Source of the DNA: a virus
Taxonomy: Duplodnaviria > Caudoviricetes
Direction: 5' to 3' (one strand)
IMG/VR virus record: IMGVR_UViG_3300029288_000097
Location: 32,001-96,000 of that record
Length of the DNA stretch: 64,000 nucleotides
The notes beneath the pieces are model-generated. The model ran no database searches and was not told where the DNA came from. It saw nothing but the letters and a program-made list of their open reading frames with translations. Made by a program: the position numbers and the translations under genes. This document shows positions 39,418-49,381 of this stretch, piece by piece; the first letter of the stretch is position 1, and every line of letters starts with the position of its first letter.

Positions 39418-40218
39418 ATGACTGTAACACCAGTGGAGATTCCTGAAGACAAGAAACTCCAGGCGTTTTGTGACGACTTACGCCAGCCAAAAGTAACATT
39501 TGGTCGTTGCGCAATCACGGGTGAATGGGGTAAAGTGGCTGCCATAGATTTGGGCGACATCAGTATCAACGTTCCCAATATCGAAGATGGTGTTCTCTAC
39601 GATCCTGACACAAAAGAAGTGACATTCACCAAAGCCCGGCCTGTGATTTTTCAGAATCAAGCTCTGATTTCACGCACAGGTTTAGAGAAATTGATCGCCT
39701 ATTTGGATGACCAGACTAACCCCATTCCATCCGTCACACCCGAACTGGTTTATAAATGGCAGGTAACCTATACTGATGGTTCTGCTTTAAGTCAGTTTAG
39801 AACCAAAGTCGGCACCAATGATGAGGAAGAAGTAATTTCCAGTGAAATTGACTTCCCCAGAATTGCACAATTATCTGTTGTTCCTAACTTTCCAGCCGTC
39901 CCTCGGGCAGAAGGACTTCCCACTTACACATTTGTCCGTGAGACTGGTCAAGTCTATCGTAATGGTGAAGTACTCGATCTGATGTTCGATGCTGTTTACC
40001 CGGCAGAAATAGATATAATCTATGCTCGGAAAGTGAATATCACTTTTGGCTCCGGTATGGCACCCAATAGTCTTGATCGAAATATTGTAGCAGCACATAC
40101 ATCCGTGTTACAACTACTTGGCTGGAAAGTGGGTGGATTGCACGGTGATGGCCCTGGGTGTATCATTGCTATCGATGAACGGGGTAATTGGCGTCCATAT
40201 GAGTATATAGAGGGCTGA
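39418..40218 (+). CDS. Hypothetical protein
   Basis: AGGAGG RBS; 266 aa. Confidence 0.7.
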   Translation: MTVTPVEIPEDKKLQAFCDDLRQPKVTFGRCAITGEWGKVAAIDLGDISINVPNIEDGVLYDPDTKEVTFTKARPVIFQNQALISRTGLEKLIAYLDDQTNPIPSVTPELVYKWQVTYTDGSALSQFRTKVGTNDEEEVISSEIDFPRIAQLSVVPNFPAVPRAEGLPTYTFVRETGQVYRNGEVLDLMFDAVYPAEIDIIYARKVNITFGSGMAPNSLDRNIVAAHTSVLQLLGWKVGGLHGDGPGCIIAIDERGNWRPYEYIEG

Positions 40219-40219
40219 G

Positions 40220-40804
40220 ATGAGCACATCATTCCCTACTAACTTGGATAATCTATCAAATCCTACCGGGTCTACAGAAACATATAATGTGGACCCGGCT
40301 CTTGGTCATGCCAAACAACATACCGATGCAAATGATGCGATAGAAGCTATCCAAGCCAAAGTAGGGATCGATGCTTCAGCCAACACCGATAGTTTAGACT
40401 ACAAAGTTCGTAATGGTGGATCAATCAGAAAAACAGTCCAGGTGACAACTGATAGTATAGCAGCTGAGGCTACTGATTCTGCCAAGACTCTAACTTTAGG
40501 CAAAACTTGTATTGCCTTAAAGATTGAGACTGACTACCCAGCATGGGTCAGAGTATATTCTTCGACAGCCGCTCAAACAGCAGATGCCAGTCGAGAAATT
40601 ACAGCTGACCCCACAGGAGAACATGGAGTTTTACTGGAAGTATTAACTACCAGTGCTAATCTAGCTTTGGACCTTGCACCGGCTGCCATGTGCTATTCGC
40701 TTGAATCGAGTCCGGGCACAACGTTACCAATTACGGTGACCAACAAAGACTCTTCAAGCCGAGAAATCACTGTAACTGTAACAGTGGTTCCAATGGAAGG
40801 TTAA
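40220..40804 (+). CDS. Tail fibre/appendage protein
   Basis: FPT.LD.L.NP...HA.QH...NDAI.AIQ.K.G N-terminal motif typical of fibre anchors. Confidence 0.65.
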   Translation: MSTSFPTNLDNLSNPTGSTETYNVDPALGHAKQHTDANDAIEAIQAKVGIDASANTDSLDYKVRNGGSIRKTVQVTTDSIAAEATDSAKTLTLGKTCIALKIETDYPAWVRVYSSTAAQTADASREITADPTGEHGVLLEVLTTSANLALDLAPAAMCYSLESSPGTTLPITVTNKDSSSREITVTVTVVPMEG

Positions 40805-40805
40805 A

Positions 40806-41690
40806 ATGGCAAAAACAAGCTTTGTTTCAGTATCAGGCTGCACAAGTGATGCTGCGTTTAGAACACTTGGACTACTAATTAGTGGGGCACTTGAAGCAGT
40901 TGGCTTAATAAAAACTGCGGACACTGGTCAAATAGACTGGGGTACCGTTACAAAACCTACAACTACTTATGCAGTTGCAGGCTATGAGATACGTACATTT
41001 CCAGCTGGAACATTGCAGACAGCTAACCCACTCATTGTTAAAGTGAATTATGGTAGCACAAATAATAGTGCTAATGTGATGGGCATTCAGATTCAAGTAG
41101 GACACGCTACTGATGGAGCTGGAAACTTCACAGGAGATTACTCAGATACCTATAGTCTATACCCAAGCTCCAGTAACTCTAATGGGGCTCAATGTTATGT
41201 AAGCTGTGACACAGAACATCTTACCATCGCACTGTTTTTAGGCATATCTGGCACCACAACAAACTACTCGATTGTATGTAGTATGGATCGTCTACGTGAT
41301 TCCGATGGTGTGGCTCTTGATACTGGAGTCAATATCCTCACTATGTACTCCGGCTACTTCGGCCAGCGTATGCTTCCAGCCACAGGTGCACAATTCCCAT
41401 CCTCAGCCTTAACCCAACCAATGGCTTTATTCCCTGGTGGTTCCGGGGCACAAACAGTAGTTGGTAAAAATATATGTTTTTCAAACGTCTACCCATACTT
41501 AGGCTGCACTGGAAACCCTGACATGAATGCAGTTGTATATCCAGCTGGTAATATGCCTATAAATGGTGGTGTTGTCATTCAATTCCCAGTCTATGGTGTC
41601 CTACATGATTATGTTCTTGTTGGTCCATATGTAGGAACTTATGGTGGTAATACTACGGCACAGTGGGGGCTAGGAGTCCGATATGAGTAA
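40806..41690 (+). CDS. Virion appendage protein, paralogue A
   Basis: Shares ALEAVG.IKTADTGQIDW, AGYEIR and TDGAGN with the next gene. Confidence 0.7.
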   Translation: MAKTSFVSVSGCTSDAAFRTLGLLISGALEAVGLIKTADTGQIDWGTVTKPTTTYAVAGYEIRTFPAGTLQTANPLIVKVNYGSTNNSANVMGIQIQVGHATDGAGNFTGDYSDTYSLYPSSSNSNGAQCYVSCDTEHLTIALFLGISGTTTNYSIVCSMDRLRDSDGVALDTGVNILTMYSGYFGQRMLPATGAQFPSSALTQPMALFPGGSGAQTVVGKNICFSNVYPYLGCTGNPDMNAVVYPAGNMPINGGVVIQFPVYGVLHDYVLVGPYVGTYGGNTTAQWGLGVRYE

Positions 41691-42546
41691 AACAGTCTAT
41701 TCAGTGGCACCAACCAACAGTTCTACTGCGACATTCCGCTTATGGGGCAAAGCACTTTCTGATGCACTAGAAGCTGTAGGCTTCATAAAAACAGCAGACA
41801 CCGGACAAATAGACTGGACTTCCGTTTCAGTTCCCGGAACAAGTACATATGCTGGTTATGAGATTCGTCGTCTGTCCGATACACTTCAGGCTACTACACC
41901 AGTATTCGCAAAAATCGAATATGGCACAGGCTCATCATCTACTTATCCTAAGTTACAGATCACAGTTGGACGTGAGACAGATGGTGCAGGCAATATTATA
42001 GGTGTATCGGCGACTGCTATAACATTTGGTGGTGGTGCTCAATCTGCAACTGCTTACGACTGCTATGTTTCAGGTGGTGAGGGTTATGTAGCATTCGGAC
42101 TTTACATAACCTCCTCAACAACAAGTCATCCTTGGTTATTTTATCTTGCACGACCTCGTGATGCAAATGGTACGCTTAATGAACAAGGTATCAATATAGT
42201 AGGACAATCAGCCAGTGCAACATTCTACCACCAATGGTTACCCGAGATTGGCTCTCCAGTTCCTTATACACCTGCAGGTGGTCCATTTTGTTCTGGACCA
42301 AAATCAGGAACAGGTGCTTATGGAAGTACAGTAGGCATATTTCCTATCTTTACAAATATGGGTTTTGCTGCACACCCAGATGGTATAGGAATTGCTGTTT
42401 TTGCTGCAGACATCGGAGCCGGTGGTCAAGTTATATCAGTTTCAGTTTTTGGTGCAAACCATGACTTTGTATCATGTGGTGTCGGAAGTGGTGGTTTTAT
42501 CAATGGTAATTCTACTGCCAGCACACTACTTCTCAGGTGGGAATAA
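41683..42546 (+). CDS. Virion appendage protein, paralogue B
   Basis: Full-length paralogue of 40806-41690. Confidence 0.7.
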   Translation: MSKTVYSVAPTNSSTATFRLWGKALSDALEAVGFIKTADTGQIDWTSVSVPGTSTYAGYEIRRLSDTLQATTPVFAKIEYGTGSSSTYPKLQITVGRETDGAGNIIGVSATAITFGGGAQSATAYDCYVSGGEGYVAFGLYITSSTTSHPWLFYLARPRDANGTLNEQGINIVGQSASATFYHQWLPEIGSPVPYTPAGGPFCSGPKSGTGAYGSTVGIFPIFTNMGFAAHPDGIGIAVFAADIGAGGQVISVSVFGANHDFVSCGVGSGGFINGNSTASTLLLRWE

Positions 42547-42732
42547 ATGGCAATCACAGCGGGAAGCATGGGTGCAGATACAACTGACCTTTATATATCA
42601 ACAGAACGATCCATCTGCACAGAACCAACCTATATGAAAGAAGATACTTGCACGAGAACCTATGTCGATGGATTCCCGAGCACAGGAGCCGTACGTCCAA
42701 CTGAAGGCCAATTACTACCAAGATCAACGTAG
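42547..42732 (+). CDS. Small tail-associated protein
   Basis: C-terminal RPT.GQL.PR motif; abuts its neighbours. Confidence 0.55.
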   Translation: MAITAGSMGADTTDLYISTERSICTEPTYMKEDTCTRTYVDGFPSTGAVRPTEGQLLPRST

Positions 42733-42744
42733 GAGAACAATGCC

Positions 42745-45700
42745 GTGGCTACTCAAACAATCGGCCTTAGCGCATTCATCCTACATGAGCGTGGTGGTCC
42801 CCATACCTACGATCAAGCTGGTTTAACTTACGACCAGCTCGGGATTCTATACGACAGTAATCCACCCTACATCAGGTCTTTCCAAGGCAAAGCTTACCTG
42901 ATGAATCCATTCAGCTACCAAACCATCCAATTTCAAGCACGAATGTTGGGTGCTAATGTAGCCACACTAAGCATGCGTTCACGCCTGGCAAATCAAACTA
43001 TCGCAACCTTGTCCATGCGAACATTCATACGAAACACGGCTTTTATCAGCTCACAAAGTCGTATTTCTGTTGTGACTAATCAATCAATCAACTTTACTGG
43101 TCGAATTACTCCTTGTGTTCGATTTACAGCACAAGCTCGAATCAGTCAAGTAAGACCTGTAGACATACAGTTCATGGCTCTTTTACGGCCAGCCGGACAT
43201 ATTCGTCTTCAAGCACGAATATTGCACTACCACCAAGAAGAACTTTCCAGTCAAGCTCGACTTTCACAGTATAATGTCTTCACAACCACCACTCGTGCTC
43301 GCATAATTTATTTGAGCACGATTGATCTGCTGGCACGTATAAAGCAACATTACACACAACTACTTGCCAGCAGAACTCGCATAGCCAAGAAATCAACGAA
43401 AACTGTAAGAATCAGAGGTAAAATCTGGCCTTACTCTCGTTTGATGGCACGTGCTCGAATCAAAGATGTTTCCTGGAAGCGAAGATACATAAATGCTCTA
43501 ACAAAACCTTTGGCACAAGGCACTATTCCGGGCCGTGGTGATCTTCTCAGACACACCAATGGAAACATCTATTGTGTCTATGCTGATGTTTATATGAATG
43601 CTGTAAGTGAGCGCAGGCTTTATCTTTCGATCTCAACGGATAATGGTTTGACATGGGGCACTCGGATTCAACTGACTTCCGGTTATATTGACAATATGCC
43701 AAGTCTCCTACAGTTGGATACCTCCAGCACAACATCGGACATAGGTATTGCCTTTGTCAGGGGTAACCCACGCAACATCTATCGTTTAATATTCACCACA
43801 ACCGGAACTGTGAGTTTTAGCCCACAACCGATTATGTATGGTGCTTATACAACTAATAATGCTATATACCCTAATCTAGTGAAGCTTACATCGGGCAAAT
43901 ACCGAATCTACTATCTATCCAATGCGCTCTCTTCCTACCTGGCATACTCAGACAGTCCGAGCACGGTTTATACTGGCACAACACAATGGAGCAGTGTTGC
44001 TGCTAAATATCCCGGTGGAGTGAGTAGTAATTACATGGCAAGCCTATCTGTAAGACGCCATGCTGACTCTGGGCATTTCATAGCAATCGTAACATATATG
44101 ACTGCAAAAGATGGTGCAACAAGTCCTGTATCTTACCTCGATGCAAATATGGTCTACGCATTAGCCATGACTGCATCAGCTGATGAAGGTGTCAACTGGT
44201 CAACTCTACAAGTAATGGATAGTTCATCAGATACTCATTTACTGTCCTTAAAAGAGAAATCCTGTCCAATCTCTGGTGACTTCACTGAACTAAGTGATGG
44301 GAGTATTGGTTTACTCTATCAGAAAGGTGATGTACACCAAGTCATAGATACTCAAACCTCTGTTACGTACGATAGTTACACTCGTTGTGCTGGCGTTATC
44401 TATGACACATTGCGTGAGACTCTGATTATTGCTGAAGCGAATACAGATTCGTACGGAGATCGTACTTTATACGGTGGTCTCCTATTCTGCAAACGAAATA
44501 CACAAGGTGTATTTGAGGTAACTTTTGAGCTTAATCCTCGATCAACACCTCCTGTATGGTCCACAATTTTACGTGCAATAGCACTTAGCCCCGATAGTCG
44601 CTACTTACTATTAGCTGCTGACGGTGGTATATCAGTGCTCGATATGCAAGCCGAAAGCCATGAAGATTGGACATTTCAAGAGTTTCGACAATCAACATGT
44701 TCATTCCTTAAAGGAAATGACATTGCATGGGCTGACTGGCTATCAAATACAAAAATAGCCTTTGGGTATAGCTCAGGACAAGCCTCTGGTTATACATGGG
44801 GAGGAGCTTTTGATCTTACTGATCCTGAGAGCACTTACTACGGTCTGTACGCCACTTCTAGTGGTAGTAATAACTGGTCTACCAACCATACCTGTATCAT
44901 CCAAGATGGAGTTATTTTCGCCATATGCAATGGCTATCTGGTTGCTTCTGATGCAAACACAGGTGCATTTTTAAGCTCATACTATCCTGGTTCAAGTTTA
45001 GGTTCAAATACTCTTGTTTATGATGCTTTGAATAGTGAGTGTCTGGTATCCACTTCAACAGTACTTTACTGTGTAGGATTTAATTGGATAACCAAAGTGC
45101 TATCACTCCAACGCAGTTTTTCAGAATCAAGTGGTAACCCACGTATACTCCAAAGTGGAGACTACTTTGGGAACGCTGAAAATAACATCATAATCCCACC
45201 AGAATCAAATGCCAGTGATTACTCGGTTAGTGTGTACAATCCATTAACTCAAACCGTTATCGGGTTCATCCATGGAACTGACATCACACCTGGCTTAAGC
45301 ATATACGATGACAATAATCAGTATAGTAATCCAAAAATCCTCGATGTAGATGGTAAACAATGGCTGATATGGACTGGGGGATCGGCGGGTCTATGCTTCA
45401 TGCCAATCAAAAATATAGGTAAGCTTCGCTATGGGGTTTTTGTCTATAATCAGACGACAAAACAACTGGAAGAAGGCGATGCTGCATTCTATGATATTGA
45501 AAATGTGCGTACAATCAACTCTGAAGACTACAATCAGCTAGAGTTTCCACGTTTAGTCTCTCGAACTGATGGTGCTTTACTAATCTACTGTCGTCTATCA
45601 GACATCACACGTGCAAGTCAGCCCTTTGCCCCAATCATAGCTCTTGGCTGGACAGATGGTATGACTCTAAGCATGCGCGGTCGAATTGTGCTACCTACTT

Positions 45701-46731
45701 CAATCTATATGCGTGGACGCATATCATTCTCATATACAAAAACACTAAGCTTACAAGGTCACCTTGTCCCCGCTGGACATATTCAATTTCAAAGTCGTAT
45801 CTTGAATAGCTACACAAAAACGTTCGATATGACTGCCCGAATTAAACAGACTTATAGTGCTACCCTAGACATGCAGGCATTCTTACGAGGAGCTGGTCAC
45901 TTTGAAGCCCGTGCAAGGCTGCTACACGCCCGATCCTACGCTTTTACAGCAAAAGCCAGGATATTAGTCACTCCACTACGTACAGTGGCTTTCAGAGCGC
46001 GTCTGACACATTTACAGAGCTTAACACTTAAAGCTCGGTTGATTCCCAAACGATCTATCTATTTGCGTGCTAAGATCAGTCACAGCTACACAAAAACATT
46101 ATCGAGTAAAGCACATATCCATATACTCGGACGCCCAACTATAAGTTTCACGGCTATCATCCAAAAACAACAGTTGAATACCTTGGCCCTCCAAGGTTAT
46201 CTAATGCATGGATCAGCTCCCGAGATGCGCGGACGTATAGCTCAACGCCAGGGTTGGCCGGAACCAGATAGTGGAGATGAACAGTGGTATGTTTTCACTG
46301 AAACAGCTCTCAGAATCAGAGCAAACATTGGAGATGTTACTTACAGCAGTGCTTCGTTTAGTGGTCGTGGTCGTATCAGACCATTCCGATTGACTACTTT
46401 ATCAACTATGGCAAATGTAGTGCTTTGTAACTCAATACAGATGCAGGCAAATATCAAACCATGGCGATCCTACGTCTCACTACCGTGCACCTTTGATGTT
46501 CAAAAACTGGTAACCAAACGCATTCGTATGGTATTCTATACTCAAGGATTCTACAAAACAAGTGCGCTTACTATGCGAGCAAATATCGAACGGACGATCA
46601 CGGCTCGCTTCACAGGACACTTTATTGTTCCTGCAGCTACTATCACAAGTTCAGTTATTACAGTATCCTACAGTAGCCAGCTTAAGTATGTAAGACAATT
46701 CTCAATCAAAGCATTCATACTGGATCAATAG
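42745..46731 (+). CDS. Large tail/receptor-binding protein: Arg-rich beta repeats flanking an Asp-box (sialidase-like) propeller with an inserted second propeller
   Basis: STDNGLTW and SADEGVNW Asp-boxes; repeated xxMRARI-type units at both ends. Confidence 0.75.
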   Translation: MATQTIGLSAFILHERGGPHTYDQAGLTYDQLGILYDSNPPYIRSFQGKAYLMNPFSYQTIQFQARMLGANVATLSMRSRLANQTIATLSMRTFIRNTAFISSQSRISVVTNQSINFTGRITPCVRFTAQARISQVRPVDIQFMALLRPAGHIRLQARILHYHQEELSSQARLSQYNVFTTTTRARIIYLSTIDLLARIKQHYTQLLASRTRIAKKSTKTVRIRGKIWPYSRLMARARIKDVSWKRRYINALTKPLAQGTIPGRGDLLRHTNGNIYCVYADVYMNAVSERRLYLSISTDNGLTWGTRIQLTSGYIDNMPSLLQLDTSSTTSDIGIAFVRGNPRNIYRLIFTTTGTVSFSPQPIMYGAYTTNNAIYPNLVKLTSGKYRIYYLSNALSSYLAYSDSPSTVYTGTTQWSSVAAKYPGGVSSNYMASLSVRRHADSGHFIAIVTYMTAKDGATSPVSYLDANMVYALAMTASADEGVNWSTLQVMDSSSDTHLLSLKEKSCPISGDFTELSDGSIGLLYQKGDVHQVIDTQTSVTYDSYTRCAGVIYDTLRETLIIAEANTDSYGDRTLYGGLLFCKRNTQGVFEVTFELNPRSTPPVWSTILRAIALSPDSRYLLLAADGGISVLDMQAESHEDWTFQEFRQSTCSFLKGNDIAWADWLSNTKIAFGYSSGQASGYTWGGAFDLTDPESTYYGLYATSSGSNNWSTNHTCIIQDGVIFAICNGYLVASDANTGAFLSSYYPGSSLGSNTLVYDALNSECLVSTSTVLYCVGFNWITKVLSLQRSFSESSGNPRILQSGDYFGNAENNIIIPPESNASDYSVSVYNPLTQTVIGFIHGTDITPGLSIYDDNNQYSNPKILDVDGKQWLIWTGGSAGLCFMPIKNIGKLRYGVFVYNQTTKQLEEGDAAFYDIENVRTINSEDYNQLEFPRLVSRTDGALLIYCRLSDITRASQPFAPIIALGWTDGMTLSMRGRIVLPTSIYMRGRISFSYTKTLSLQGHLVPAGHIQFQSRILNSYTKTFDMTARIKQTYSATLDMQAFLRGAGHFEARARLLHARSYAFTAKARILVTPLRTVAFRARLTHLQSLTLKARLIPKRSIYLRAKISHSYTKTLSSKAHIHILGRPTISFTAIIQKQQLNTLALQGYLMHGSAPEMRGRIAQRQGWPEPDSGDEQWYVFTETALRIRANIGDVTYSSASFSGRGRIRPFRLTTLSTMANVVLCNSIQMQANIKPWRSYVSLPCTFDVQKLVTKRIRMVFYTQGFYKTSALTMRANIERTITARFTGHFIVPAATITSSVITVSYSSQLKYVRQFSIKAFILDQ

Positions 46732-46732
46732 C

Positions 46733-49381
46733 ATGCCAACAATCAATGACAGCTTACGAGATGGACGGGGTATTAAGATACTTGATACCCAATTAGACAG
46801 CACTGCCAACCAGGTAGGAAGATATGATCTTCTCTATCATACCAATGGCAACGTCTATATCGTTTTCGCTCGTAATTGCCAAACTTATGCGTCTGGAGCT
46901 GTTGCTGACCGCCAGATTTGGGCCGCTGTTTCTGCCGATGGAGGTACAACATTCTCAACTCCAGTGCAGATCACCAATCGAACTGGTTACTGGCATGATT
47001 ACCCATGCATATGCCAAATCGAACCGGATGACATTGATTCTCCGATTGGGGTCATATACCAGTCTGCTTCTAATTGGAACAGCACATACAGTGCTGCTCA
47101 AAATAAACCAATTCCATACAGATTTCTTATTGACACTGATCTAAATAGAATCAGTCCTATAGATGTATTAACCAACTATATGTCTGATTGTTCAGAAGGA
47201 TCATTACTCCGAGCCAGTAATAGTTTTATCTACTTTACACTTAGTAGCACAGATGACGCTTTTTACATATGGGAAAATCAAATTGTTGAGTTAAACTCGG
47301 CTGATGGCTTCCTTGATAATGCATGGACACGTCGATATGTGTCAAACTTTGGTGGAACAAACGATGTATTATCCTTTCAAGTTCGCATTCTAAGTAATGG
47401 CGATCTTCTGATGGTATTTGCGGGCAAGACCGCTTCTACAGGAGACTTAGAACTCACAAATCTGTTTTATACAATCTCAGCAGATGAAGGTTATACATGG
47501 AGCACCCCAGTTGCATTAACCAGTTACACAGGCACACCCGCCATCGACATTGTAGGGCTCACAAGTGTGCTGGCTACTGATGCAGCACAACTATCTGATG
47601 GCTCTATTGCTATTGCGTTCCAAGAAGGTATTCCACCACAATCGATAGGCTACTACAGTTCTCCATCTTATAGCATTGGTTCATATGGACGAACACCAGT
47701 AGTGCTCAATGGGCATAATTATATGCTTCTTCCCGTCTCCTCGGGTACTATTAGTGGCTTAAACGTTTATGATTTGACCACACAAACAATACTACTTAGA
47801 ATCACAACATCGAGCACTCCTCCTGTATGGAGCCAATCAATATACCGAATTGCTGTGAGTCCTGATGAAAAATATCTTGCTGTTGCAACAGATTTAAGTC
47901 TGGATATTTTTCATATCGAAGACTCAAATCCTGCCAACTGGACAGTAACCAGCCTACGCACTACAACTACACCAGCCTTACGCGGTAGCACAATCTATTG
48001 GGTTGAGTTTGTAGATGATACAACGCTTCTTTTTGCTTATTCATCTTCGGGCACATCATATGTATGGGGTGGCAAAGTAGATGTGACAAACATTGCTGGA
48101 GGAATTACAGACCTCTACAGTGCCGGTCGAAGTGTAACAGGTTTTAGCTATCCAACCATGCTTACGCCTTACATCGATGCCACAAATGATCGAGTATATG
48201 TATCAGGTGGATCAGCTATATGGAAGACAAAAATATCAGATGGAACAGCAGACTATGGCTTATCTATTAGCACTTCCGGGTTAGAGTTTATAACTTATGA
48301 TTCAGTAAATAATCAATATGTGATAGCTGGTTCATCTGGCATCTACAGATATTCAGACACAGGATCAACTTTCTCATTCATTGATTCAATAACATTAACG
48401 TCTACACCAAACATGCTACCTGCTAATATCTATTCTGCTATTGCTTACCCTGATAGTGGCATAATGTTTCACTTTAATGTGGCTCCTGGTTGGTATGATT
48501 TTGTCACACGGCAGTGCATTGGTCCGTTAATTAGTACAAACGATGATCTACTAGGGCTTCGACAGTACTCAGATAACCCTAATAATCCACCACGCTTTTG
48601 CCGAAATGGGACATGGGTCACACTTGGTGGTTCTGACTATGTACGTTTCTTTCCGATCTTAAACGTTGGTCGATTACGTTGGGGCATATTCTCCTATGAT
48701 CCTATCACAAAAACCTTAGACACAAGCAGTTCAGATTTCTATAATCTCGTAGATGATACATGGGTTCCAGCTGCAGACTGCGATCAACTCGTAATCCCTA
48801 AAATATGCCCTGCACCAAGCGATAATGTGGTCTTGGCTGCATTCCGATACCAACCAGGGCATATCGGTGGACGTGCTTTAGCTTTTGTCACAGGTGTTAT
48901 GAATCTGGAGCATCAGCAGCTCAGTATGCGAGCTTCTATCGCTAAACGTGAACCAGCTGAAACTACCACAATGCGTGGCCGAATTGCACAAACTACAATC
49001 AGAACTCTCGGAATGAAAGCACAAATCCATATGGCTCAGTGTCTTAAAATGCGTGCCTGGATTATCCCAGAACAAACACAGACATGCACTATGCGTGCTT
49101 CAATCCGAGCACTGAAATCCCAAAGCTGGTCAATGCAATTTACTGTCCAACAGCTCGTGAAAACTCGTAGATTCCGATTGCGGTTCACAGTCAATACGGG
49201 GTATACTGGTAATTGGCAGATGACGATGCGTGCCAAGATTCTTGGCTACAACTACTACCGTTTCACAGGACATTTCATAGTTACAGCATCACCGGCTACT
49301 ACCGGTGCATATTCATTCACTGTCGATACATCTGGACGTAGAATGTTGACAATGAAAGCTTATATAGGATCACCAGCATGA
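46733..49381 (+). CDS. Paralogous Asp-box propeller tail protein with C-terminal Arg-rich repeats
   Basis: SADGGTTF and SADEGYTW; shares HTNGN.Y, LSDGSI, STPPVWS and RFTGHFIV with the upstream gene. Confidence 0.75.
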   Translation: MPTINDSLRDGRGIKILDTQLDSTANQVGRYDLLYHTNGNVYIVFARNCQTYASGAVADRQIWAAVSADGGTTFSTPVQITNRTGYWHDYPCICQIEPDDIDSPIGVIYQSASNWNSTYSAAQNKPIPYRFLIDTDLNRISPIDVLTNYMSDCSEGSLLRASNSFIYFTLSSTDDAFYIWENQIVELNSADGFLDNAWTRRYVSNFGGTNDVLSFQVRILSNGDLLMVFAGKTASTGDLELTNLFYTISADEGYTWSTPVALTSYTGTPAIDIVGLTSVLATDAAQLSDGSIAIAFQEGIPPQSIGYYSSPSYSIGSYGRTPVVLNGHNYMLLPVSSGTISGLNVYDLTTQTILLRITTSSTPPVWSQSIYRIAVSPDEKYLAVATDLSLDIFHIEDSNPANWTVTSLRTTTTPALRGSTIYWVEFVDDTTLLFAYSSSGTSYVWGGKVDVTNIAGGITDLYSAGRSVTGFSYPTMLTPYIDATNDRVYVSGGSAIWKTKISDGTADYGLSISTSGLEFITYDSVNNQYVIAGSSGIYRYSDTGSTFSFIDSITLTSTPNMLPANIYSAIAYPDSGIMFHFNVAPGWYDFVTRQCIGPLISTNDDLLGLRQYSDNPNNPPRFCRNGTWVTLGGSDYVRFFPILNVGRLRWGIFSYDPITKTLDTSSSDFYNLVDDTWVPAADCDQLVIPKICPAPSDNVVLAAFRYQPGHIGGRALAFVTGVMNLEHQQLSMRASIAKREPAETTTMRGRIAQTTIRTLGMKAQIHMAQCLKMRAWIIPEQTQTCTMRASIRALKSQSWSMQFTVQQLVKTRRFRLRFTVNTGYTGNWQMTMRAKILGYNYYRFTGHFIVTASPATTGAYSFTVDTSGRRMLTMKAYIGSPA

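Noticed and set aside
40806-49381. Diversity-generating retroelement acting on the paired tail genes
   Set aside because: No reverse transcriptase in the window, and the paralogues differ at all base types rather than showing a near-identical TR/VR pair with adenine-specific changes
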